Of a stretch of DNA of 64,000 nt, positions 27,275 to 36,084 are shown in pieces; the stretch's first letter is position 1, and each line of letters begins with the position of its first letter. Below the pieces are notes generated by a model, which had not been told where the DNA came from, ran no database searches, and was given only the letters and a program-made list of their open reading frames with translations. The position numbers were made by a program, and so were the translations under genes. The stretch spans positions 186,006 to 250,005 of the forward strand of contig JBBRSP010000006.1 in assembly GCA_038245295.1 (NCBI GenBank), written 5' to 3'. Source of the DNA: Candidatus Binatia bacterium. Lineage in GTDB: Bacteria; Desulfobacterota; Binatia; HRBIN30.

Positions 27275-30200
27275 ATGGCTCTGATTCGGCGAGTGGTACG
27301 GCTAGCGGGGCGTCCCGTCTTACTCCTTCTGTTCAACGCTGCTTTCCTCCCCGATGTTGAATCAGCTGCAGCCAGTACGATAGCTGGCCAGATTCGCTAT
27401 TTCGGAAGCGGACTGCCTGTCAGCGGTGTGACCTTGCAACTGCTTGGCTCAAATATAGCGTTCGTGCAGACCGACGGGAACGGCAAATACGCATTTACCA
27501 ACGTGGGTCCCGGCGACTGGCGTGTAGAGCCACAGAAATTTGGGGACGCACACGGCGCCCTGACGGCTCTAGATGCAGTTTGGGCGCTACAAGCTGTCGT
27601 CGGTCTTCGAACCATTGACTCCTACAATCGAGTTGCTTGTGACACTGACGGAACCGGCTTTCTGAGCGCAGTCGATGCAGTGTTCATCCTTCAGTACAAG
27701 GTCGGCCTGATCAATATGTTGCCTTCGACTGAGACCTGTGGGTCGGAGTGGGCCTTTGACCCTGTGCCTTTTCCAGTCACCAATCAGCAGATCGACCGTC
27801 CGCAAGCAATGCCAGCGGGGTGCCGCCATGGCGACATTGCTTATCGCCCTCTGGTCGAGGACGTGGACAATCAAGATTTTCTTGCAATACTCGTAGGCGA
27901 CTGCAACGGAAGCTGGCAAGGCGTTCCTGCCACGCCAACGCTAACGGTAAGTGCCTCGCCTTCTCCTACTCCTACGTTCGGTCCCGTATGTTTGACTTCC
28001 ACCACCGTCGCGTTCTTTGACCCTATTCAAATGGGCGGGGACTCCATCAGTAGCAACCGTATTGAAGACGGCCTCGCTGCCGCCGCAAAGATAACACGCG
28101 GCGTCCTCATTCAAGGGTACTACGGACAACACACTGCGCCGCGCGAAGCTCGGCTGCGCGGGTTTGAGGTTGCGGCAAATGCCTCTCTGAATGGCACAGA
28201 AAATGATGCTACGGAGCTTGGGCTACTCGCCCAAGACACAAATACTGGAGTCGTCCAGTTTCCGATGGTAGGTGGATCAAACGCCATCACGGATCAACAC
28301 CTTAGCGAATCATATATCGGAACCCAACTCGCAACGTTCCGCCGGTTAATTGCCGCAAATACATTGGTGGGCATGTCTGAACGCGCAAGCACAATGCTCG
28401 ACACGACCCATCTTTCGTTCTTCGGTGCGACAGCTACTACGTCACCGGATGTTCTTGTTGCATCGATTCTTCCACAGATCTCGGGTGTAATAAGCCCTGT
28501 AGCTGGTCGGGATGCAGTTTTCAGCACCATTAACCAACTGCGACAGGCTTATCCGACAAAACCTCAGTACTATCTAGTCGGTTGGTCTACAACCGGCAGC
28601 TCTGTGACGGAACAATCGTCCTTTGTACGGCTCGTGCTAGCAGCCCAGTCGGAACTCAAGAGCCAAGGTAATCTGGTTGATATTTGGTGGTACAACAACG
28701 AGGATGAACAGTGGCTGACCGCATACAGCAGGATTCTCGGTGGTTTCGGATTTGAATTTGAGAGCGATTTCTCGACGAAAGACCCATCTCTTTTTTCGAG
28801 CGCATGCTTACAAACTGCTCCGTTCAGCCCCCCGACCGTTACGCCGATTATGTCACCCTTACGAACGACTACCCAGGCAGCGCCGCAGACAACGTCTGGC
28901 CCATCAACCTCGACACCGATTCTGACTGCTACCGGCGTGTTTACACATAACATCATGGGGCCGACACCGTCAGCCACTCCCAGTCCTACCTCCATCCCCA
29001 CACCGCCAGATCTCACTTGGACTTCTCGGGGTGACGGATTGGCAGGCGGACAGGTTGAGACCAGTGTCATGTGGGGAGACAATCTCTACGCATTCGGGCT
29101 TGGTTCTCCAACCAGCCTTTATATCTTGAATACGGTCAGTAACGTTTGGCGCGAAGGGACTCCCACGCTCCAACAGGTGAACACCGGCAGCGCGGCAGCC
29201 TGGAATGGGGAGATTTTCGTTTTGTCGGGGTACGGCGAGCAACGCCTCCAGGTTTACACTGCAGCTACCGGACGTTGGCGCCTGGCCGCTCAACTGCCTG
29301 CCAGCCATCTTGGATACCCCGGGACGATGCTTATAGCCTTTGGTGCCAAGGTCTATGCGTTCGGAGGCATCCTTACGGATCAACTCAGCATCTACGATAT
29401 CGCGACCGACAGTTGGAGTGCCGGGCACGCAATGCCGATGGCTCGCAGCTTGGCTGTCACCGCGGTGCTCCGCGACAAGCTGTACCTAGTTGGTGGTCAA
29501 ACGTCCTTCGGGTTGTCTAGCCAAGTCGTCGTCTATGATCCTGCTTCGGAGGGCTACACCGTAGCGGATAACTCGACTGGAGATTGGACAACGCTCGACG
29601 GGCTTGTCGTCACCCGGCGCACTGCTTCGATAGGCGTAGTGGCAGACGATCAGATTTTTGTACTTGGTGGCCTCGAATTCTCTCAAGGGTTCGGGCAGGC
29701 GACTGCAATGGTCGAGTCTTATGATCCGAGCGCTCCTCCTTGGACTCGCTGGCGACGTCATGCTCCGTTACTCAGAAGCCGCGCTCATCTCGCAGGGGGT
29801 TCGATCGGGAACAAACTCTATGTCGCGGCGGGACAGGATCTGGCGAGCGATATATCCTCCACAGAGGAAGGAACGCTCATTTACGTCCCGACCGCAACAC
29901 CAACACCGCTCCCTTCTCAAACACCAACACCCACACCCACAGTCTTCTATTTAAATCTCATCGTAACGGATACGTATCTAGTAAATGTCGCGACTGGAAA
30001 ACGAGTGGACAGTCCACTCTTGGGACAACAGGTTCGCCCTTGCGTCGAATGGTTCGCCGAAGGGCCAAGTAGCTCGTCTATCGATCACGACGTCGCCACC
30101 TGGTATGATAGCGTGCCTAACGAAGTGCCCGCTGCTCGGGTATCGGATCAAGGTGGCAATTACAATAGCTATTGTCGAGGCGATGGGTTCGTCGTCACCG

Positions 30201-32179
30201 CGGGCTTCCACACCGCATCTGTCGATATCGACCCTCGCAACGAGGTTCCCGAACCCGCGGACCAAGACAATGTCGGCTCGATCAGTTGGTTGAGTTGGAC
30301 CGGTCCGAGCCCGACACCGACGATACCGTTACCGGTGACGCCCTATAACCTTGTCGTGGATGAGGTTTGGGTAGAGGACCTCGCCGGAGCTCGAGTGAGT
30401 TCGCCCGGAGTCGGCGACACGATCCGGGTTGCTGCACGATGGCACGTGGAAGGATCGGGAGTGGCAAGCTTCACTATCCGAGCCTCCGTAAGTGGCCACA
30501 TCCTCGATGACGTAACCAACTACGTCGCGGCTGCAAACCAGTCTTTTACAATGAGAACATCGCTCACGCACGTGATTTTAACCGACGGACCAATCACTGC
30601 GAGTTGGGAGCTTGATCCGCAGAACGCCCGCAATGAACCGAACGAAGACGACAATTCACGACAGTTTACCTGGATTGCACGGGACGATGGGCCTGCCGAT
30701 ATTGCTGTCGCCCGCGTGATCGTTAGCGATGCGGCATCACCTGACGCTAGCTTGAATACTTCCAACAGTCTAGGCCCAGAGGGACTACTAGCAGAGCGAG
30801 TCTCAGGTGACCTCTCGAACAGCTCCGCGGCATCTTCACCTGTTAGAGTTACGCCGCTCCTCAGTGACTCGGTGGTATTAGATACTGCCTTGACGGCGGT
30901 GCGACTGCCCCGAGGGGGGACAATCACACTGACAGCGTATCTGAGACCGACAGGCACACCTGAACTCAATTGCGGGACGCAAACGATTTCCACCGACCAA
31001 GTCACCACGGGAACCGTGTATTTGAGCGTCGTCTGTGACACAACCTTTGCAAATCCAAATGTCTCCTACCTCCCATTGGTCAAAGCGACCGTTTCCAACT
31101 TCACCGACATCGACCCAACGAACAACGAGACGGCTGGAGATAAACTCATAACACCCCAGTCGCGACCAGGAGGAAACGTACGATTCAGCTCCTCGTTCCT
31201 GCCTCTAAAAGATGTCACGCTCTATACGTTGGCTGGCGTGCAGATTGGCGGTCCGCGCACGGCGCTTGCCGACGGTCGAGTGTTTACTACGATCGATAAT
31301 GGCAGTTATCTTGTTGGCGTCACAACAATGATCGGTACCCCACTGTATGACAACTCCGCGACTGGGAGTCCAGCATATTTTCTTGATGTCGCGCCAACGG
31401 GCAACACTGCAGTCTCGTTCGACGACGCTACCCCGCAAAGTTGTCCACTCGGGAGGTGCGCCAAACTGACCGTGGGAGGTGAAGCCACGGTCATAAGCGG
31501 CCTCGAAGGTATGAAGCGTCGCGTCTTATGGGAAGCGGCCTATGCCATGAACGGATGCCAAAACAACGGTGGAAACCCGAGAACGGGTTGCGTCACTGCG
31601 ACAACGCCGTACAAGGACAACATCGTCGGCAACACAACATATGCGACGTTTTCTTATCTTGCAAGCGATGAGACCGCCGCGAAGGCTGCTTTTTCTGATG
31701 ACGCATTGCACGGAACATGTTACAATCATAGCTATCCGCCCATCTCTACATATGACTGTTCAGTCCAACACGATCCCGTGACCGAAGTGCTTCAATATTC
31801 TAGGCATCCAGGACGAGATTCGGAGGGGGTCTACTCACGTGGTGGTCAGTGTAAAAAATTTGTCGCGCTGGTTCTATATCGGAGCGGGATTCGCCATACA
31901 GTAGCCGGATCGTTCAGTCGTCTACCTGAGGATGCAAAGATTAGTAACGATCTCGTGATGTTTCCTGTTGTTGCTATCCCACATCCAGGAGATATCTTAC
32001 GCCGCCCGAATGGGCACGCCTTGATTGTTGCGGCATCTATTGCGGGGTTGGGCCTGATAGCCGTCGATTCAAATTATTCCGGGGGCGATGGCCACGAACG
32101 CATCGCCGTTCATTTAATGGGGCCCGCGAGCTTGGTCGAATATCACAACTTGAACTGCGTATACACAGGAGCATGCTGA
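27275..32179 (+). CDS. Large secreted multidomain protein: dockerin-like, degenerate GH17-like, Kelch, CARDB-like, C-terminal CHAP-like domain
   Basis: Signal-like N-terminus; DTDGTGFLSAVDAVFILQ; Kelch GG..YD..W repeats; DPxNxxxExxxxDN twice; GQCKKFV...PGDI...GHALIV...DSN. Start estimated. Confidence 0.8.
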   Translation: MALIRRVVRLAGRPVLLLLFNAAFLPDVESAAASTIAGQIRYFGSGLPVSGVTLQLLGSNIAFVQTDGNGKYAFTNVGPGDWRVEPQKFGDAHGALTALDAVWALQAVVGLRTIDSYNRVACDTDGTGFLSAVDAVFILQYKVGLINMLPSTETCGSEWAFDPVPFPVTNQQIDRPQAMPAGCRHGDIAYRPLVEDVDNQDFLAILVGDCNGSWQGVPATPTLTVSASPSPTPTFGPVCLTSTTVAFFDPIQMGGDSISSNRIEDGLAAAAKITRGVLIQGYYGQHTAPREARLRGFEVAANASLNGTENDATELGLLAQDTNTGVVQFPMVGGSNAITDQHLSESYIGTQLATFRRLIAANTLVGMSERASTMLDTTHLSFFGATATTSPDVLVASILPQISGVISPVAGRDAVFSTINQLRQAYPTKPQYYLVGWSTTGSSVTEQSSFVRLVLAAQSELKSQGNLVDIWWYNNEDEQWLTAYSRILGGFGFEFESDFSTKDPSLFSSACLQTAPFSPPTVTPIMSPLRTTTQAAPQTTSGPSTSTPILTATGVFTHNIMGPTPSATPSPTSIPTPPDLTWTSRGDGLAGGQVETSVMWGDNLYAFGLGSPTSLYILNTVSNVWREGTPTLQQVNTGSAAAWNGEIFVLSGYGEQRLQVYTAATGRWRLAAQLPASHLGYPGTMLIAFGAKVYAFGGILTDQLSIYDIATDSWSAGHAMPMARSLAVTAVLRDKLYLVGGQTSFGLSSQVVVYDPASEGYTVADNSTGDWTTLDGLVVTRRTASIGVVADDQIFVLGGLEFSQGFGQATAMVESYDPSAPPWTRWRRHAPLLRSRAHLAGGSIGNKLYVAAGQDLASDISSTEEGTLIYVPTATPTPLPSQTPTPTPTVFYLNLIVTDTYLVNVATGKRVDSPLLGQQVRPCVEWFAEGPSSSSIDHDVATWYDSVPNEVPAARVSDQGGNYNSYCRGDGFVVTAGFHTASVDIDPRNEVPEPADQDNVGSISWLSWTGPSPTPTIPLPVTPYNLVVDEVWVEDLAGARVSSPGVGDTIRVAARWHVEGSGVASFTIRASVSGHILDDVTNYVAAANQSFTMRTSLTHVILTDGPITASWELDPQNARNEPNEDDNSRQFTWIARDDGPADIAVARVIVSDAASPDASLNTSNSLGPEGLLAERVSGDLSNSSAASSPVRVTPLLSDSVVLDTALTAVRLPRGGTITLTAYLRPTGTPELNCGTQTISTDQVTTGTVYLSVVCDTTFANPNVSYLPLVKATVSNFTDIDPTNNETAGDKLITPQSRPGGNVRFSSSFLPLKDVTLYTLAGVQIGGPRTALADGRVFTTIDNGSYLVGVTTMIGTPLYDNSATGSPAYFLDVAPTGNTAVSFDDATPQSCPLGRCAKLTVGGEATVISGLEGMKRRVLWEAAYAMNGCQNNGGNPRTGCVTATTPYKDNIVGNTTYATFSYLASDETAAKAAFSDDALHGTCYNHSYPPISTYDCSVQHDPVTEVLQYSRHPGRDSEGVYSRGGQCKKFVALVLYRSGIRHTVAGSFSRLPEDAKISNDLVMFPVVAIPHPGDILRRPNGHALIVAASIAGLGLIAVDSNYSGGDGHERIAVHLMGPASLVEYHNLNCVYTGAC

Positions 32180-32257
32180 TCAGTAGTCTGGTGGCGGTTC
32201 ACATCGGGTATATTACTCACCGTAGATATCGGAGGTTAAACTATAAGCGTGTAGTGT

Positions 32258-33055
32258 ATGGAGCATTCATGTGTGTTACGCGCGCTGTCGCTGCGCTCGA
32301 GTGTTGTCGTATTCGTAGTCGGCGTCGCTATCGGCGTTGTGGCCGTCAGGGCGGAGGCGCTGTTGACATTTGGCTCCAGGGATTCCGGCTCGATGTCTGC
32401 TGTCACCGTTCCGGTTGCTCCTGACCTGAGCCCGGAATATTTCTCAACGACGGTCGTCCCGCACACTCAAGTAGAGTTTGCTCGTGAAAAGCTGCCCGCG
32501 GGAATTGAGTGGGCAATAACAGATGACGCGGATGTGAGGCATGGCGACACGACGGAGGGCATGACTCTGGTTGGAGCGATACGGATGAAAGTAGCTGGTG
32601 CGGACTTGAGGGACCTCGTCAACAGAGCCATCGATCCTGGAAAGCAAGACTACGACCCAAACTTATTGTATTCGTTTTGTACACTTGGGCCCAGGGTGAT
32701 TACCGTGATGCAACCAAAGGCGGGATCGATAGGCTTGGAGGACTATTTGAGGAGAGAACGCGATGCGTCAAGCAGCGACTTCGAGAATGCTGCCGATAGC
32801 GGCATGATGACATCCATAAACGGGAAGGATGTGTTGTTCTATCGGAGCGGAGACGAATCGGGCAATGAATTGTTGATCGCCTTGATGAATATTGGCTCAT
32901 CCATCGTTAAAGTGATTCAAACCAAAGGCGATTGCGAGCGAGTGAAGGAATTTGACCGAGTCCCGCTGTCAATAACGCGCAACCTGTCACGTGTCTCGGA
33001 TTATGCATTTTATCGCGTCGTTAAGTCTATTGCATTTCTCAACGTTGTCAAATGA
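32258..33055 (+). CDS. Exported hypothetical protein
   Basis: Hydrophobic N-terminus ending AEA; follows the CHAP-like gene. Confidence 0.65.
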   Translation: MEHSCVLRALSLRSSVVVFVVGVAIGVVAVRAEALLTFGSRDSGSMSAVTVPVAPDLSPEYFSTTVVPHTQVEFAREKLPAGIEWAITDDADVRHGDTTEGMTLVGAIRMKVAGADLRDLVNRAIDPGKQDYDPNLLYSFCTLGPRVITVMQPKAGSIGLEDYLRRERDASSSDFENAADSGMMTSINGKDVLFYRSGDESGNELLIALMNIGSSIVKVIQTKGDCERVKEFDRVPLSITRNLSRVSDYAFYRVVKSIAFLNVVK

Positions 33056-33183
33056 ATGATTATGTGTCGTCTGGCGAGCTGTGAAGGCAGTGTCCCCGGT
33101 TCGGAGCATTTGCGATATTTACGATATATGTCTCTCGGTACGACGGAGCCCGTCAATGAAAGTGAGACACTCCCGTTCATAAT

Positions 33184-34305
33184 TTAGTGTATCGCCGCCT
33201 CTGGCGGCGATTGGTGTTTCAGCCGCGCGCTGGCGCGATTTGAAGCAGCGCCGTCGACCTCAACTGAAGGCGGATCGGTGCTCACGGGGCTTCCCAGAGC
33301 GCCGCCTTTGTCGGCAGCGCCGCCTTGGATCGCGGTTGGTGGGTTGATGTACACCGCGGTCGGCAATGTTGGTGACAGGGGTTTGTGTCCTTTAAAGCGT
33401 TGCGGGTTTCGCTCAAAAGCTTGGTCGAGTGCAACCGTTCGGATGGCGATGAGCCGTTGCGCATCGTCGTAGTGCACGACCTGCGGCGTCAGAAAGCCGA
33501 GACCGCTGTGATGGTGTTTGGTGTTGTACCAGGAAAAAAATTCACGCCCGAAAGCCATGGCCTGCTGGTTGGTAGCAAAGCGGTCGGGAAACTCGGGCCG
33601 GTACTTGGTGGTTTTGAACAACGCTTCGCTGAACGGGTTGTCGTTGCTGGTGTAAGGGCGACTGTGGGTCTTGGTGATGCCCAGATCCCCCATCATCTGC
33701 GCCACGCCCTTGGATGTCATGCTCGGGCCGCGGTCGCTGTGCACAGTGAGCTGCCCGGGCTCGACGCCTTGCTTGTGAGCGCTCTCGGAGATCAGGCGCT
33801 GCGCCAGTGCCGAGCATTCGCGCTCGGCCACCAACCAGCCGACCACGTAGCGGCTGAAGATGTCCATGAGCACGTAGAGATAGAAGTAGCTCCACTTGGC
33901 CGGCCCCATCAGCTTGGTGATGTCCCACGACCACACCTGATTGGGTGCGGTAGCAATCAGCTCGGGCTTGGCCACCGGCGGATGCGTCAGTTGGCGGCGG
34001 CGTTCGCGAACTTCCTGGTGGCGAGCGAGCAGGCGATACATCGTGCGCGCCGAACACAGATATTGCCCTTCATCGAGCAACGTGGCGTGAATCTCCGCCG
34101 GTGCGTCGTTCACGAAGCGCTCGCAGTGCAGGATGTCGAGTATAACTTGTTCCTCGCTCCTGCTGAGCGCCAACGGTGGGCGCGGTCGCAGCGCTGGTGG
34201 GAGCTTGGGCTGGTTTCGACGATAGAACGTCGGACGTGCCACGCCCAGGGCGGTGCACGCCGGACGCACCCCGACCCGATTGGCCAGATCAATGGTGGCT
34301 ATCAT
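33184..34305 (-). CDS. IS3-family DDE transposase (orfB)
   Basis: WSWDIT, HSDRG, SNDNPFSE. Confidence 0.93.
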   Translation of the reverse strand: MIATIDLANRVGVRPACTALGVARPTFYRRNQPKLPPALRPRPPLALSRSEEQVILDILHCERFVNDAPAEIHATLLDEGQYLCSARTMYRLLARHQEVRERRRQLTHPPVAKPELIATAPNQVWSWDITKLMGPAKWSYFYLYVLMDIFSRYVVGWLVAERECSALAQRLISESAHKQGVEPGQLTVHSDRGPSMTSKGVAQMMGDLGITKTHSRPYTSNDNPFSEALFKTTKYRPEFPDRFATNQQAMAFGREFFSWYNTKHHHSGLGFLTPQVVHYDDAQRLIAIRTVALDQAFERNPQRFKGHKPLSPTLPTAVYINPPTAIQGGAADKGGALGSPVSTDPPSVEVDGAASNRASARLKHQSPPEAAIH

Positions 34306-34775
34306 GAGGCGCTCCCGTCGCTCGGGTCCGTTGCCAGGAGCGCCGCCACTTTTTTTTGGACGTCGATGATGATCTCGGCTTTCTCCAGCTTGGCCTGGAG
34401 ACGCGCGTTCTCACGTTCGAGTTGGGCGACGCGAGCGGCAAGCGGATTGGCAGTGGGCTTGCGGCCACGCCGTTTGGGCTCAAGGCTCTGCGCTTGTTGC
34501 TCGCGCCAGTTGGACAGGTGCGAGGAGTACAAGCCCTCGCGGCGCAACAGCGCTCCGATCGCTCCCGGTGACGTGCAGCGCTCTGCTTCACGCACGATGC
34601 GAAGTTTGTAGTCGGCGCTGAATCGCCGGCGTGCCGCTTTGGCGCTGCTCACCTCCGGGTCCCGTCGCGCCGCCGCAGCAGGAGCTGACTGCGCTCCGGT
34701 CGCTATCGCTCCCTTCGCTCCGTCAGCCCCTGCTGCGGCCCCGTTGGTAGGTCTCCCGTCCGTACTGCCATGCAT
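34302..34775 (-). CDS. IS3-family transposase orfA
   Basis: RRRFSADYKLRIVREA...LLRREGLYSSHL...QKKV; ATGA overlap with orfB. Confidence 0.9.
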   Translation of the reverse strand: MHGSTDGRPTNGAAAGADGAKGAIATGAQSAPAAAARRDPEVSSAKAARRRFSADYKLRIVREAERCTSPGAIGALLRREGLYSSHLSNWREQQAQSLEPKRRGRKPTANPLAARVAQLERENARLQAKLEKAEIIIDVQKKVAALLATDPSDGSAS

Positions 34776-34968
34776 TTGCTTGATTCGATTCTCCGCCCTC
34801 TACAGTAATTTCCCCAAGGGGAAATGTCTCACTGTCATTGGCAGAGAGGGCGATCTTCTCGCGAGCTCCTTTGACATCAGCGCCAAACGGCGTCGCTTCG
34901 AGGACCCGCCGCACGGTGATTGATTTCGGCCGAAGGAAGCCGGAAGACGGATCCCTAGATGCGTTGGG

Positions 34969-36084
34969 TTGCTGCCGCCGAGCAAGACGGTCATGCTAAG
35001 ATCAGTGATGAGCAAGACAGACGATCGGTTCCTCCAACAAGCCCCCAGTTTCATCGATCAGGCCCTCGCGGCTCTCGGCGTAGGAGCCATGGTCGACCTG
35101 CCGCCCATCGACAACTTGCCAAGTCCCGTCAACCCAGTCTGTGTTCGCGACCTTCTGCAGGTGTCCGATGAAGAGAAGGCTGATCTTGCAAGGATGTTCT
35201 ATGGCAGACAAGGCGTGGCGGCGTTCAGCTTGGCGAAACCCAGTTATGCTCGCAAGCACCCCCTGATAGAACTCGCTAGTCAGCTATCGGATGCGTTGCC
35301 GCTAATGTATCCAATCGCTCATCCTGGTGAGTCGGATAGAGGAGCTCTGACGCATTTTGGCAGCCCCGATGGCACCCTGAAAGTCTTTCAGCGATCCGAT
35401 CAAAAAACCTCGCTTCAGTCCGAAGAGTTGCACTTGCACCAGGATGGAGTCGGATTGGCGGGTGCTGTGGTAGCGGTCGGCCTGTATTGTGAAAGTGGGC
35501 CGCTTTGGGGTGGGCTGACGTGCTTTCAAAATGCGTTGCGTCTGGTCGTCGAACTCGCGCGGATCGATCTATCGGCCTTTGCATCCCTCTTTCTTCCCAG
35601 TGCGCTGACGATCCTTAGAACGGGAGGTAGGGCTCTTCAGGTCACAGGCCCCGTGCTTTACTTGAACACGATGGGGCAGCCGCAGTTATTCCTGAGAGCC
35701 GAAGGTGGAGAGTACGAGATGCGCTGGTTAAGCGACCCTGCAATATCACGGGCGAGGGACTTTCTGAGATATTATCTGCGACCTTTGGCGCCTTCATCTA
35801 ACTTTGTGCAGCTATCAGTGGAGGGCCAAGGCTGCTTTATTCGCAATGCGGTGGTACTGCATGGACGAACTCGGTTCGTGGAGGGCGATTCGCGAAAACG
35901 CATTTTGGCGAGAAAGTGGTTTGCGCTCACGGCGGCTGAAGCATTGATGAAGCAGGTTCCTGGTCTGCGAATCCTTGACGCGTATGCGGTCTTACGCCCC
36001 GATCTCTTCGGGAAGGAGGTCTTGAGCGGCCACTGGAGATACGATGAAGCCGCCTTAGCGAACGTGGCACAAAAGTCCGAGTGA
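34969..36084 (+). CDS. TauD/TfdA (clavaminate synthase-like) Fe(II)/2-oxoglutarate dioxygenase
   Basis: HxD (LHQDG), distal HGR (VLHGRTRF) and a downstream Arg; true start may be ATG 35008. Confidence 0.75.
   Translation: MLPPSKTVMLRSVMSKTDDRFLQQAPSFIDQALAALGVGAMVDLPPIDNLPSPVNPVCVRDLLQVSDEEKADLARMFYGRQGVAAFSLAKPSYARKHPLIELASQLSDALPLMYPIAHPGESDRGALTHFGSPDGTLKVFQRSDQKTSLQSEELHLHQDGVGLAGAVVAVGLYCESGPLWGGLTCFQNALRLVVELARIDLSAFASLFLPSALTILRTGGRALQVTGPVLYLNTMGQPQLFLRAEGGEYEMRWLSDPAISRARDFLRYYLRPLAPSSNFVQLSVEGQGCFIRNAVVLHGRTRFVEGDSRKRILARKWFALTAAEALMKQVPGLRILDAYAVLRPDLFGKEVLSGHWRYDEAALANVAQKSE

Larger units (their letters stand above)
33144..34850 (-). mobile_element. IS3-like insertion sequence
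   Basis: IRs GTCAATGAAAGTGAGACA / GCCAATGACAGTGAGACA; CGA directly repeated at 33141-33143 and 34851-34853; orfA + orfB. Confidence 0.88.
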
